Shown one piece after another: positions 30,814-52,512 of a stretch of 64,000 bases of DNA. The DNA comes from Sminthopsis crassicaudata. Taxonomy: Eukaryota. The position numbers and the translations under genes are program-made. The notes under the pieces were generated by a model. It did no database searches, was not told the DNA's origin, and was given only the letters and a program-made list of their open reading frames with translations. The stretch is taken from contig NC_133617.1 in the NCBI RefSeq assembly GCF_048593235.1, positions 65,061,767 to 65,125,766 on the forward strand, given 5' to 3'. Every line of letters starts with the position of its first letter. The first letter of the stretch is position 1.

Positions 30814-30946
30814 AATATATACATATATGTGTATATATATATGTATATGTGGGTGCATATATATCAAACAATGGTTTTATCTAGTGTGGAGTGGGAAGGT
30901 GGAAAGACAGTTTAAATGTAAATTTTAAAAATTAAAATTAAAAAAG
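30001..30946 (+). mobile_element. L1 fragment (ORF2 C-terminus plus 3' UTR) with internal (TA)n
   Basis: tgataaatggtcaaaggatatgaataggcagttt... is typical L1 ORF2 text; boundaries are approximate. Confidence 0.7.
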
Positions 30947-31786
30947 AAGTCTATTCCAAAAGCCCTTGTGTACTAAAGTCTCTCCCCTCCTGCTGCTTAC
31001 ATACCTTGACACTCATCTGCTTCCCACAACCCCTATCTACAAACAACCAAATCTTTAAAAAACAAAACAACCTCTCCAAGTGAAAGCAAAACTAAAGTGG
31101 GGAGTGTTTTAATATTTGTAAGGATTTTACAAGTATCATTGTCTCCGGTTTACAAGTGAGGAATCTCAGTGAGGCACAGAGTTGTTAATTGCCCAGTGCC
31201 ACACAGCCAATAAGTGCCATGGGTGGGTTTGACTACAGCGTTCTTTTCGTATTGTGCCATGCTGCTGCCTCAACACCTAAGTGTTGGTAAAATGTTTATT
31301 GGATTGAATTGAGTTAATATTAATAAAGCCTGGATAACTGGACCCTGAAGGGATTTGTCAGAGCTTTTAAAGATATTGATTTCCCATCTTCCCAACTCCT
31401 TTGTTCATTCTTTACCTTTTTAAAGAATATCAGTCCTCCAGTTAAATGCCTTACCCTTCAACCATATCTTCCCAAGGCAAAAGACCATTCCTGACTGCAG
31501 AAGTATGAGTTAGTGCCCATTCATTTCTGTGTTTCTTCCTTCTGAGGAGTCAGAAGACCTAGAATCTGGTTCTATCATAAATTTGCTTTATGACTATCAA
31601 TGAGCCCACTTCTGTGGGCTTCATTTTCCTGTTTGTAAATACAAATATTTATTAGCCATAGGATATATTGGAGATGCATAGATACCTGCTCTCGAGGAGC
31701 TAACTAATGAGGGGAATGGGTATAATCACAGAGGAGTTGGTCTCACTCAAACTCTAAAGTTCCTTACAGATCTGGCTTTTATCTCT

Positions 31787-32037
31787 TCTAAGGACCCTCC
31801 CAGCTCTGACATCTTGTGTTCTAAGGGCTCTCCCAGCTCTGACACCCATGTTCTAAGGGCCCTCCCAATTCTGGCATCCTGTGTTTTAAGGATCCTCCCA
31901 GCTCTGACCTGGGTTCTAAGGGCCCTCCTAGCTCTGACACCCTGTGTTCTAAGGTCCCTCTCAGCCGTGACCTCCTGGGTTCTAAGGGGTCCTCCCAGCT
32001 CTGCTATTCTGTGCTTTAAGAGCCCTCTCAATTCTAA
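31787..32037. repeat. Minisatellite, about 8 degenerate copies of a ~33-bp unit (ttctaagggccctcccagctctgacatcctgtg)
   Basis: Units read directly. Confidence 0.9.
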
Positions 32038-33457
32038 TTGTCTGTGTCCTGAAGGATAGTCTATGTTAATTTCTATGAACTTTGGCCAGTCACTTCCCTA
32101 TTTGAGTCTGTACCTATATCTACATCTACATCTATAAAATGGAAAGAATTGTTCTACCTGTCTCCCACGGTTGTTATGAAGAAAGCCTTTTGTAAATCTT
32201 TTTTCTAAGCTTTCTTCCAGCTATTAGATTCTGCAAAGGTCCCTTTCCTCTACATCTGATGTTCTGTATTCTGACGTTATGTGTCCTCATGTTCCCTTGC
32301 CCACACTACCCTCCCCCCACCCCTCCAGGCCCCTTCCTCTCATTTCTCACACCCACCTCCTGGTGATGTCAGCACTGCCTCCCTGCTAGTCCTTTGTTCC
32401 AAGTTTTGTTAACAAGGTGCTCCTGGGTATGTGTGTGTTGTCACTGTTTCAGGGATGGATGACGAGGGTTCCTTATTTTTAGGCACTTGTCTGTGATATA
32501 CTCCCAAACCCAGTAGCAACAAGGAGGCAGGGTCTGGTCCCCAGAGCCATCAGGTGGGGATGGTTTGTGAGGATTCAATAAACACACCTGCAGAAGAGAG
32601 GGAGGTGGTAGCATGGGGAGGGGCCATTCTGGTTCCCATCCAGCCAGGACCCTTCCCTTTAGCCTGAGTCTGACTAGTGAGGAAGAAGTCTTGGCATCTG
32701 GGAGAGATTATAGGCAGCTGTTTCTCCCAGGGCTCAGCCAGAAAGAGGACTGGGCATTTTCAGCCATTTTCCATCTGATACACCAAGATGCCTTGAGTAA
32801 TTCCCTTCATATTCCTTATGGCTCAAGCACGTGTTTCCAGACAAATCTCCCCAAGAAGCCTTTCCTGGCTGCTTTAGCCCCCACCTTCCCTCTTTAACTT
32901 CCTACATGCTCAGAACTTATCTCTTATCTGATACTTTGCATGTAGATATAATGGGAAAATCTGTGATCTGGGAACCAAGAAGACTAAACCCCCTTTTTTA
33001 TTTGCATCCCTAACACTTAAACATAGTCCCTGGCACACAATAAACACTTAAATGCTTGTTGACTGACTGACTAGTCTTTGTTAGCATCAGCTAAGTGGCA
33101 AAAAGTACATAGAGAAGTGGACTTAGAGTCAAGAAATTCTGATTTCAAATATAATCTAAGGTACTTACAAGCTCTGGAATCATGACTCTGGCCAAACCAA
33201 CTAGCTTTCACCTCAATATTCTCAGCTGTAACTGTAGGTGACAACTCCAAAGGATTCATGATATTAAAAAAAAAAAAAATGCTGTTCACCATTAGAGAAA
33301 GAACTAAAGGAATCTGAATGCAGGTTGCTGACACTCTTTCGCTTTATTTTTTAATATCTTTTTTTAGTCCGTGTTTTCTTTCCCAATATATTGTTGTTTA
33401 GTTGTGTAGGATTTTTTGTAACCTCATTTGATGTTTTCCTAGCAAAGAAACTGGAAC

Positions 33458-33619
33458 GGAGGGGCAGCTACTTGGTGCAGTGGATAGAGTACCAGCCGTG
33501 AAGTCAAGAGGACCTGAGTTCAAATTTGACCTCAGTTACTTAACATTTCCTGGCTCTGTGATCCTGGGCAAGTCACTTAACTCCAATTGCCTCAGCAAAA
33601 AAAAAAAAAAGAAAGAAAG
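33458..33619 (+). mobile_element. WSINE1-like tRNA-derived SINE
   Basis: ggggcagct...gagttcaaa head and A-rich tail; 14-bp TSD aaagaaactggaac (33444-33457 and 33620-33633). Confidence 0.85.
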
Positions 33620-34737
33620 AAAGAAACTGGAACTATATGCCATTTTCTTCTCCAGCTCATTCTACAGAAGAGGAAATTGAGGCAGAAAGGATGAAGTGAC
33701 TTGTCCAGAGTCACCCAGCTAGTTTCTGAGGTCAGACTTAAACTCAAGTCTTCCTGACTTGAATTAACACTGGACCAACTAGTTGTCCCTTCATAACATG
33801 ACTAACAGGGAAATTAAAAATAAATTTTTTTATTTTATTAAGGTTAATTTTTTCAACATTGACCCTCAAAAAACCTTATGCTCCAATTCTTCCTTGCCCC
33901 CCCCATTCCTCCCATCCCCTCCCCTAGACAGCATGTAATCCAATATATGTTAAACATCGTAAAAATATATAACATGGAAATTTAAGAAAATAATAAAAAA
34001 TAAAATGAGGGTAACACAAATCTTCAGGGTTCTTGGGAGGATCAAATGAGATGATGTAAAGTGCTTAGCATAGCACCTGTCACTTAGTAGGCTCTTAATA
34101 AATGCTAGTTTTTTCCCTGTTCAGATGGCTTGAGAAGATTCTTATTCAGATGTCTCAAGAGAGGTGATATCCTTAAGTTTTAGTGAGTAGAAGATAAAAA
34201 AAATAGAAGAGGGAGAAATCTAGAATTCAAAGAAATTTGTGAATAGTACGAGAAGGTAACAGAAGAGCACAGTGGAAAGGAGTAGCAAGGGAATGGAGTT
34301 TTAAATTGAAAGGGAGGCACTCAGCCCTAGAAAAGAAAGTCCATGCATGGAGGGATTGGTTGTAATCTTTGGGAGAAAGAAGTATCCTGTCCCTTCCTTC
34401 CTTCTTCCTTTTACCTTTGCCACTGATGCTTTATCACTTCTCCCAGCTTCCTTTTCCCTAATCCCATGGCAGAAATGTTGATGAAGGTCAGTGAGACTTC
34501 AGATATAGAATCTGCAATCTCTAGACAAGGTTTCTTAAACTTTTTCCACTTGTGATCCCTTTTTGCCCAAGAAATATTTGTGCAACCTCAGGTATATAGG
34601 TATATAAAATAAGTTTACAAATTAAACATTTACAGATGATAAATTGCCTCCTGATGGGGTCAAGATTCCACAAACATTGCTCTATATTGCAGCAGGGAAA
34701 AAGTAGAGTCCTTATAGATATCAATACCTGAACATGT

Positions 34738-35105
34738 ATGTGAAGACCGAGTTAGCAGCCTGGATACCTTAGAATCAGCCAGAGTCAGGATGAGCAAAAG
34801 TCCTTGGTCTTTATTCTTGGTTTTTAGGGGTAGAAGTGAAGGGAATGCATGAAGGCTCTCCACGACCTCTCCTTTGTTCCCCTATCACCAGAGTGACTCT
34901 GGCTTGTCTTACTCCCACTCCCTAATCCTTCCCACTAGAGAGTTGAATACCCTGGGCCTGGGCAAAATTATGGGGCCAACCTAAGTCCCAGGACTGAGAG
35001 CAAGTTGAAAGTTTATAGTAAATCCTGCACTTGTCCAGCCCTATGTTGGGGAATGGAGGAAGGCAAAATGAGGGGAGAAAGATACTTGGGGCTCTGGAAT
35101 GTAAC
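34738..35105 (-). mobile_element. Possible solo LTR
   Basis: TG-starting, non-MIR/L2 segment with a minus-strand AATAAA in an LTR-like context (aaaagtccttggtctttatt). No TSD identified. Confidence 0.3.
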
Positions 35106-37699
35106 AGCAAGGCAAGATTGCATTTGGACCAATTAACAACTTGATCTGACCCTTAACAAATCAGCTTATTCAGGGTCAGTTCTTTCCTCCTGAGCAGCTC
35201 TGAGAATGGCTCTCAACTCATACCTGACTTCTCTTCCAGTCCTTCTAGCCAAAGACCCTCTCATCTATTGAACCTCCTGCCTTTTTCACTGGGAAAGAAT
35301 GGCTGGAAGTTGTCAAGAAGCAGATTTTTGCCTCAGTGTAAGGAAAAATTCCTAATAAGAGCTGTCAAAAAGTGAAATGAGATGCCTCAGGAAGTAGTGG
35401 AGCTTTTCAAGTAAAGACTGTATTACTTCTTGCTGTGAATGCTGTAAAGGAGATTCTTGTTCTGGTAGGGATGGTGGCTGTGAGGTTCCTGCTAATCCTG
35501 AAGTTTGAGGATTCTTTGAAAAATTCCCAGGATCCCTCCTGCATCTCTCTAAACCCAGCAGCAGTTACAATCCAGAAATGAGTCTGGTTTGAAGATCATG
35601 GGGTCTCGAGTTACCATTCAGTGCACATAAAAATGCAATTAGCCAGGCTCTATATCATATTTATACACCTGAGAGGTGACAGATTTGATCAGATTTGTCA
35701 ACAAACATTCCCAGTGTCACTGAGCAGCCTCCTGGCAGTTCTGAATAGAAAATAGAACAACATCCTGCCTTTACCTCAAATTTCGTGGACCATTTCTTCT
35801 CAAACTCAGGATCCCTGAACTAGTGAGGGGATTGAGTTTGATCTTTAGTGAGAAACGTGTATATGTATGTATGTATAATATATACATATGCAATATACAT
35901 ACACATATATGTGAATGCACATATATAGCAAAATGCTATGTAAAAGCTATTTTTTAAAAACAAAAATTTGTCGAGTTTCCTTTTTCTCCCTTTAAAAATT
36001 TCCAGTTTTTAGCTACTGATTTGCTATGAGACCTTGGCCAGACCTCTTCTACTCTTGGAACTTCAGAAACCTCATCTATAAAACAAAGGAGATTGTACCA
36101 GATGATCTCAAAGCCCCGTTTCATTTCTCAGTCTGTGATCTTGAGAAAATTAAGGCCTCTTCCAGCTCTTCCATGTGCTGCCTTCCTGGAAGAGGAGGCC
36201 TTTAAGAGAAATGGGCTATCGAGGAGGAATAAAACTTTAAATCCAAAGTGTTCCTTGTCCCTGGGTGGAAGGGATGGAGCACTAAATTTAGAACTGGGAG
36301 ACCAAGTTTGTCCAGCTTTGCTGCTAATTCATTGGACTAAATTGTGAACAAGTCACTCTTTCCTCTTTTGGTTTCTATTTTTTTTTTTTTTTTTTTTTTT
36401 TGTCTATAAAATAAGAGGATTGCAGTGCAAATCTTATTACTGTGACTTTAGCTCTTACATTCTAGGTTCTAGGCTTCTCTAGCTGGAGAGGAGTGTGGCA
36501 GGGTTGGTAGAAGGTAGAGAGATGGAACAAAATCGTGGATCTGGAAACTGGGGAATCTGAGATCCCATCCCAGACCAAGGGACTGTCACCTTGGAGCTGT
36601 CATTCCCCAGAGGCATCAAGAATGACAGAACTTTCTTCCAGGGAACAGAGCCTGAGGGAAGAGAAGTCCCCAATAAGGCAGATGGTAGACAGGGAAGATG
36701 GGGGAGTGCAGAATTTAAGGGGGTGGACATCAGTGAAACTGGATAACCATGACAGACAAGGGATCATGGCTCAGCACTGAAAGGATATAGGGAATTACTT
36801 ACATGAGAGACTTACTGTTCCAGAATAATGAAAAGTTTATGTCTTAGATATACCGTAGCAGGAGTCAAGTAACCATCTTTTCCTTCCCCTGAGAGAAGCA
36901 GCTCAGAACCCTGGACTGCAGCCTCTAACAATCTTGAGGTCCTATGCCAGGTTTTTATTCTGGATCATTGGAGTTTGAGGTGTTTAACAGACTTGTGAAA
37001 TCAGCTGGCAATGGAAGGTAGCAGTGGGAACTTTAACAATGTGACCTTAAGGAAGTGAGGTTTTTACTGATGTTAAAAGCTAATTTGCAAAGTACCTGCA
37101 AAGCTGGGTTGTTTTTGTTTCCCTCACTAAGATCAGATCCTCCTGGGTGGAAAATGAACTAAGACCATGGCTGGGGGCTTTTTTAATCATTTCAACATGA
37201 AATGCTCTCTAACCAGGCAGGGCACAGGGCATCTTTAAGAAAGAAACTGAAGCTGGGAGAATTTGGAAATAAAAAGTGGGACTATTACACTTGCCAGGGG
37301 ATGCCGAAGGGCCAAAAGGGAAAAGTAGGGGAAGAAAAGCCCTGGACCTTCCATCCTGGTGGGTGGGCATATGGGGGTGTGTGTGTGCAGAAATTAGGCC
37401 CCTTTAAACACTTGATTGGCTGATAACTGCTGACAGCCAGATCACTGTACTCCCCAACCACTAATTTGGTTTATCAAAGCCAGAGGCTGGGGCTAATGGG
37501 GGAGGGGTGGAAAGGCAGCGAGAAAGAGCTGACCAGGGCCATCTCTGATGCCTTAAATTTTTCTTTCTATACTCTGAGATCCTTTGTGGTCTTAGCAGAG
37601 CAGGACTGGTCACATGGGGTCTCCAGTAGGTCTTCAGCTCTCGGGGCTTTAAAATGGGGGGGAGGGGGAAAGGGGTGGGGAGTGAGGAACCCAGGGCTC

Positions 37700-39200
37700 C
37701 AAAGAGCAGCAGATGGGCCGGGCTGGGTCGCGTGTCAGAGGAGCGATAGCATCATCTGCCCCGAGCTTCCCTCAGCAGCTGCTCTTAAACCTCCCCCTTG
37801 ACAATAACAACCCCCAGGAGTAGGAGGAGGGAATAGGAAAGCTGCAAAAGATCTCTGGGGCTGTAAGAGAGGGAATAACAGCCAATGACCTCTCCGCCCC
37901 CTCCCCCACGGCTGTCACCTTTGTCAGCCCCAAACTCGCCCCGTAATGCATTCCTGTCTCTTTATTTCCCGCAGCTTCAACATCTGCCCAGCGAGCCTGG
38001 CCCCTCGCTGACCCGTTCCCCCCATCTCTCCTCTTCCTCCTCCTCCCCCTCCTCCCTCCTTCATTCCCTCCCTCCCCCTTGTAACTGGAGGGGCTTTGGG
38101 CACTGCTAATGGCTCGCAGGCAGCTGAAGGTCTAGGTCACCGCCAGGAAGACAGAAGGACGAGGGAGAGAGGAGCAAGAAAGGAAGGGAAATAAAGATGA
38201 GGGGAGGAGGCAGAGTAGGGGCTGTAGGGCCTCGGAGGGTGAAAGAGGAGGAAAAGGGGAGGAGGGGGAAGAGAGGGGGGCTGGAGGCTAGAGAAGAGTA
38301 TGGAGAAGAAGTAAGGGGAAAACGAGCAGAGGGGAAGAAGGGGGAGGACTAAGGCGGATTAGAGCAGGAAGATGAGGAGAGGGGGAAAGAGGCAGGAGGA
38401 GAGGGAAGAGGGGAATGGAGGAGAGAGGGGAGGACAAGAAAAAAAAAAATAGAAATCGAAGGCGTCCCGTAGGGAGCCGGAGGAGGAGAGGAGGGAGAGC
38501 GGGAGTAGAAGGGCGGGAGCTTTGACGCGCTGCTCCAGCCCCCCGCCCTCGCCTCTCCATCCGAGTTAAAAGCTCGGCAGGTCTCTCCAACGCCGCCCCC
38601 TCTGCAGGACCAGCAGCGGGGCCGCCTCTGGCTGGGAGCCGCTTCCCCGGCCCGGCTGCCCGCCGCCCACTGCCCACCTCTGGTGCGCAGCGGGACGCTC
38701 ACTCCTCCTGTGGCAGCGGCATTCAGGGCTGGCCTGGAGGTTGGGGGAGCTCCCGCCTCCCGCCGCTCTGTAACCTGCAGAGCGGAGGAGCGGAGCCAGC
38801 AGGGATTCTGAGCTCCCCGCAGCCCAAGTTTGCGCTCCTGGAGCCACCGACGCCGCTACCGGAGCCTGCCTTCTCTTCCTCGGTCCAGAGGTTCCCGAGA
38901 AGCTGACCCCGATCTGTGCAGGGCTTGGGGAGAGGACACTAGCATCCCGCTCTAACAGCTGCCCAGTCCCTCTGGATCCGGGGTCCTGGAAAAATCTAAG
39001 CTTTGAAAGCCGAGGCTAATGACGATCGGGGGATCTCAAATCTGAAGGTGGTCGGCCGGCACCTAAGAAATTCCTTGGCTATTGCCCCAGAGACATCAGG
39101 GGAAAATGAGTCACGATTTCAGAGCCTGCTGCGTCCCTGCTGGTTGGGGGTTCTGCCCTCTCTGAATCTGCGCTGACCCCACTAAGGAGGTCACCTGACC
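37700..39200 (+). promoter_or_regulatory. SHD promoter / long 5' UTR region (CpG-rich, with polypyrimidine and polypurine blocks)
   Basis: CpG-dense at 38460-39060, directly upstream of the SHD ATG. TSS not determinable from sequence. Confidence 0.6.
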
Positions 39201-39491
39201 TTCCACCTCCGAGGAAACCTGGAAGCTTTGTCCTCGAGACCCTCCAGCAGCCTGGACTAGGATGGGATCGATAGCTCCTTTCCTCCCTTCTCTAATCCCC
39301 GAATCTGACTCGCCCTCTCTGACTTCTGAATGTATTCCTCAGTTTCCCAACCTGGTTCCAGGAGAGTGCTGATGAATCCCCCCAGAGACAGGGAGCAAAG
39401 ATTGAACCTGAGAGCGTTCTTAAATAATCCTTTACCTGTCTGATTCTGGAAGGCTAGACTCCCTGCCGAGGAGTAATTAGAGAGAGAATAC

Positions 39492-48629
<9,138 letters not shown>

Positions 48630-49483
48630 CTGCCTCTGCTCTAGGACCCCAGGCTCTTCCTGCCCATCGTCCCCCCCCCCCGCCCCAGGCTGCTGCTGAC
48701 CTCGGGCCGTGGTACTTCCATTCCAGGCAGAGTCTCAGAGCTGGAAGGGCTCTCACACCATCTGGTCCAGTTTCCTTTCAGCAGCATCTCCTTGCTCCTT
48801 GGAAACCTCCCGTGATGGGAAAGTAACATCTCCTGAGGTGACTGTTTCACTTCTGGGTGGCTTTTGGTGTAATCTGATTGAAATCTGGCCCTCCAGAACT
48901 TCTCTCTGTTCTCTTAGTTCTGGCCTTGGAGGCCAATAGAGGACTGGAGTGTCTCCAAACCAGCCCTTCAAGTGCTTGGACAACAGCTCCCAAGTTCTAT
49001 TCTCCACATTCAGCATCTATGTGTCTCTGCAGCGTCAGGTCTCAAGGCCGTGTCTGTCCCGGTTACCCTTCTCGGGACCAGCCAGTCTGTCACTGCCCTT
49101 CCTATTAGGACCCCCAAGCCTGAGGTAATACTACTGAGGAGATCTGACCGGACACACAACTCCATAGCTCTGGACTTGGTGCTGCTCAACAAAGGCCAAA
49201 AGTCTAGGTGACTACAGGGTGCCACTGGCCTGATGACTTAATTTGAGCTCTTCCAGGATTCACTGAGTCCCCACTTTAGTTCCTGGGCAAAGGCCCTTGG
49301 GGAAAATGAGTGAACCCAGCTAAAACAAAAACGGGCCCCTAGCTCAGCCTTATGGTGGCCCCCAGACATGATGCTCCCATCCAAGACAAGCCTTGGACAC
49401 GGAGGAGTCCACTCTATGCTGGACACAATGGAGAAGATATAAATGGTGAGAGGAAACTCAGGTTTGCTCCCCTTTCTCTAGCC

Positions 49484-49675
49484 CAGTGGTCCTCACACTT
49501 TTTAAATAGGGAGCCAGTTCCCTGTCCCTCAGACTGTGGAAAAGCCGGACTAGAGGTAAAAACAAAGCTCACAATCTGTCTCCGCCCCTCAGCCCACTTG
49601 CCATAACTGGGGGAGCCACATAAAAGTCCTCAGTGGGCCGCATCTGGCCCGAGGGCTGTAGTTTGAGAACCCCTG
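49484..49675. mobile_element. hAT MITE, OC1/nhAT1-like, copy 3 (predicted SHD 3' UTR)
   Basis: TIRs plus a perfect 8-bp TSD CTCTAGCC (49476-49483 and 49676-49683). Confidence 0.9.
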
Positions 49676-49794
49676 CTCTAGCCTTTCCCATCCCAGGCTG
49701 GAGGAAGCGAATGGTACAAACGGACAGCCGTGGCTCCTCTGTGACACTGCCTGAGTTTTCAGACTCCATAGGTTTTTCCAACTCTCTCACACTC

Positions 49795-49800
49795 AATAAA
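49795..49800 (+). terminator. Probable SHD poly(A) signal
   Basis: First AATAAA I found after the SHD stop, about 1.17 kb downstream. Confidence 0.6.
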
Positions 49801-50803
49801 TCAATTATCTCTGGCTCCTACATACTGTCACTGGGGGAGGAGAGGAGGACAGAGCTTGGGTGCTTGGGAGGAGGACTGGCTGATCTACTGGCATGTGGGA
49901 CCTTTTCAATCGTGCCTTGTCCTGGGTGCTAGAATGGGCAAGGCACTTGGAGGGGATGTAGGGGGACAACGTGGTGGAGATTGTGTGGTTCAGCCCCTGT
50001 ACCTTAATCTCCCATCTATTATGTAGGATGGTGTCCCACAGTTCATTCCTGTTGGGGGACGGAGGACTAGATGACAGTGTGGCAAGGAAACTACTGATTG
50101 GGAGGGCAGACCATGGCTTATAGCCTTGTTCTTGCTGAGTGTCCAGGCAAGTCCCTTCTGTCTTCTAGACCCCGAACTCCTGTTTGTGAAATGGAAATAC
50201 TTTTTTAAAAAGACTGTTTTAGAGACATGGAGCATAGGATGCTAAGCACAGGAACATCTGGAAGATCTTCTAGCCCAATGACCAAGATAGAAGAACTGAG
50301 GTCGAGAGAGGGAAAGTAATTCGTCCAATGTCACATAAGGACTTGGGATCAAAAAGCCAAGACTGGCACTGGGGGTCTCATGGGGTGGGATGGGGAGATG
50401 GGAGGTCATCCGGGACGGGGGTCTGGAGGCCTGAGGCTGGCGGAGGATTCCTGGAGCCCCTTCACCTTCTGCAAGTCTGGGTCTGCTCTGCTTCAGTGCC
50501 CTTCAGGTCCCCTTGGCTCTGCCAACCTTCCAGTATGTCTGTGTCTCTGACAACATCAGAGAGGACATCTGTCTCCATGGAAACAGGAGAGGGAAGGCTG
50601 CTCTGAGCCAGTGAAGCTTCAAGGTGACAGGCAGAGGCTGGAGGGAAAAAGGCCCCCATCCCATGGGGGTCTTCAGAGGCAGAGAGGGCAGGTACAAGTG
50701 GGTTACTCTGGACACCTGCCCTTCCTCCCAGGTCCCTTCTCTTCTTGAGGGAGGGGGGTAAGAAACAGCTGCAGGAGGCTGGCCACAAGCGCTTGAGCAT
50801 GCA

Positions 50804-50808
<5 letters not shown>

Positions 50809-50849
<41 letters not shown>

Positions 50850-50867
50850 TGTGTGTGTGTGTGTGTG
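50809..50867. repeat. Imperfect (GT)n microsatellite
   Basis: Read directly. Confidence 0.95.
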
Positions 50868-52310
50868 TCCATGCTGCATATATGGGATGGGAGCTCTGGG
50901 CTGCAGACCCAGTCTAGGGAAAAATCCTTAGTACTCTGATCCTGGGACACAGGCTAGGGATTCCAGGATGGCCTCAGACCCATAGCTTCCCTCAGGGTAA
51001 CCAGAGGAAGCACAGTGTGTGTGAGGAGGGGATGGAGAGTCAGTGAGTAAGTTACTTGAAAACTGAGTCTCTGCTCTCCCAATATCAAGGAGTTCCCCAG
51101 GAAAGGTCACTTCTTTCTGCATCCCCCAATCCACTCAGCTATTCCCCTATGAATAAATAGTTATTCCTTGGGGAATGGAGGGATGTATTTCAGTCTTTCC
51201 CCTATCCCAATCTCAAGATCTCTTCCCCAGATTTTAGTCCTCCTCCAATGAAATCAAGATCCCCAAAGTTCCTTAATCTACCCCTCCCCTAAATCTCAGC
51301 ATCCCCAGGTTCCTAGAGAGAAGAAATGACTTTTGGAAGGTCCTTTTCATCAGATGAGCTAGTTCTGCAGAAAAGCCTGCCTTCTTTCATCACTCTCTCC
51401 TCTACATTCTCTTAACTTATTTTCACTCTCAAGTCTCCCAGCCACCCAGCATTTAGCTTCCCAAATAACAGATTTTTTCAGATTTGTCTCATCAATACTA
51501 ACCCATAGATCCCAGTCTCTCCAGCTCAGCCCTACTCAGCCTTCCAATTTTAGTTTCCCCAGACAGCAGCCCCCAAGATCTAATGCCCCCAAGTCTATTC
51601 TCATTTCATAATATCCCCAAATTACAGCTCCCAGTCTGCTCCATTCCAGTTGCAAAGATTCTGCTTTCCTCAGATGCAAGTCTTTTAATTCAACTCCTCA
51701 GATTTCAGTCTCTCAGATTCCATCTCTTCCCCTATTTCTTCTCAGGCCACACATCAAACATCATACATCCTGCCCTCATCATCAAACAAGGGCCTCTGGT
51801 TAATTAATACTAGGCCTTATGGAGAGACCATAGGCTACTAAGTCACTGGGCATTAGGGATGGGGAAAGGGGAGAGCAAGCTCTGGTGGTGTTTAGGAGAT
51901 GATGGAAAAAGTGTATGAGAAGCAGTCTCCCATATCAGAGTCATATATCAGATAATCTTGGTTCTTTTGTTTTTTCACTTTATTTTTCAATCAACAAGCA
52001 TTTATTTTCTCCGTTTCTCCTCCTTCCCCCAAAAAAACAAACAAAAAACCCAAATCCTTTATAACAAAGATGCACAGTCAAGCATAACTTTCTTGTGTGT
52101 CTGTTTCCAAAAATGTAGCTCTGGCTCATCTTTGAGCATTGGATCCTATCCTCAATGACTTGGCTGAAGAGCCAACCTCCCAGCTTCTGGGAAACCTCAG
52201 TCCTCCCTCATTCTCCCGCTCCCGGGAAGGCTGACCTCTCCCCCAAACCTCACTGGACTGAGAAAGAAATCCTATGTTAAGTGAGGGTTGGAGGCAGGGA
52301 GCAAGCTGGT

Positions 52311-52316
52311 TTTATT
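52311..52316 (-). terminator. Candidate TMIGD2 poly(A) signal
   Basis: Minus strand reads TAG-CC-AATAAA. Confidence 0.6.
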
Positions 52317-52318
52317 GG

Positions 52319-52512
52319 CTAAGAGCCAGCCTGATGCAGGCTGGAGTGGGAAGGGACTATCCTAGGCGGTAGGGGTGGGGGTTGGGGACCAGCAGAGTAG
52401 ATGCTCTCTCCTCTCTTTTTCTCTGGTGACCATTGCAGAGGCTTGTCCTTGCTTGGCGTGACCCCCTTAGTTCTCTTGTGGAAATAGAGAACATTGCCAT
52501 AAAAGTGGCTCT
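52319..52512 (-). CDS. TMIGD2: TMIGD2 exon 5 (cytoplasmic tail)
   Basis: ESHFYGNVLY...RGESIYS...AGS then TAG. Confidence 0.88.

Noticed and set aside
31747-32059. CRISPR-like periodicity and repetitive ORFs
   Set aside because: Head-to-tail degenerate units with no unique spacers and no cas genes, in a vertebrate genome. It is a minisatellite.
33458-33560. tRNA-like A/B boxes (also 42421, 62140 and others)
   Set aside because: These are SINE heads with A-rich tails and TSDs, not complete cloverleaf tRNAs.
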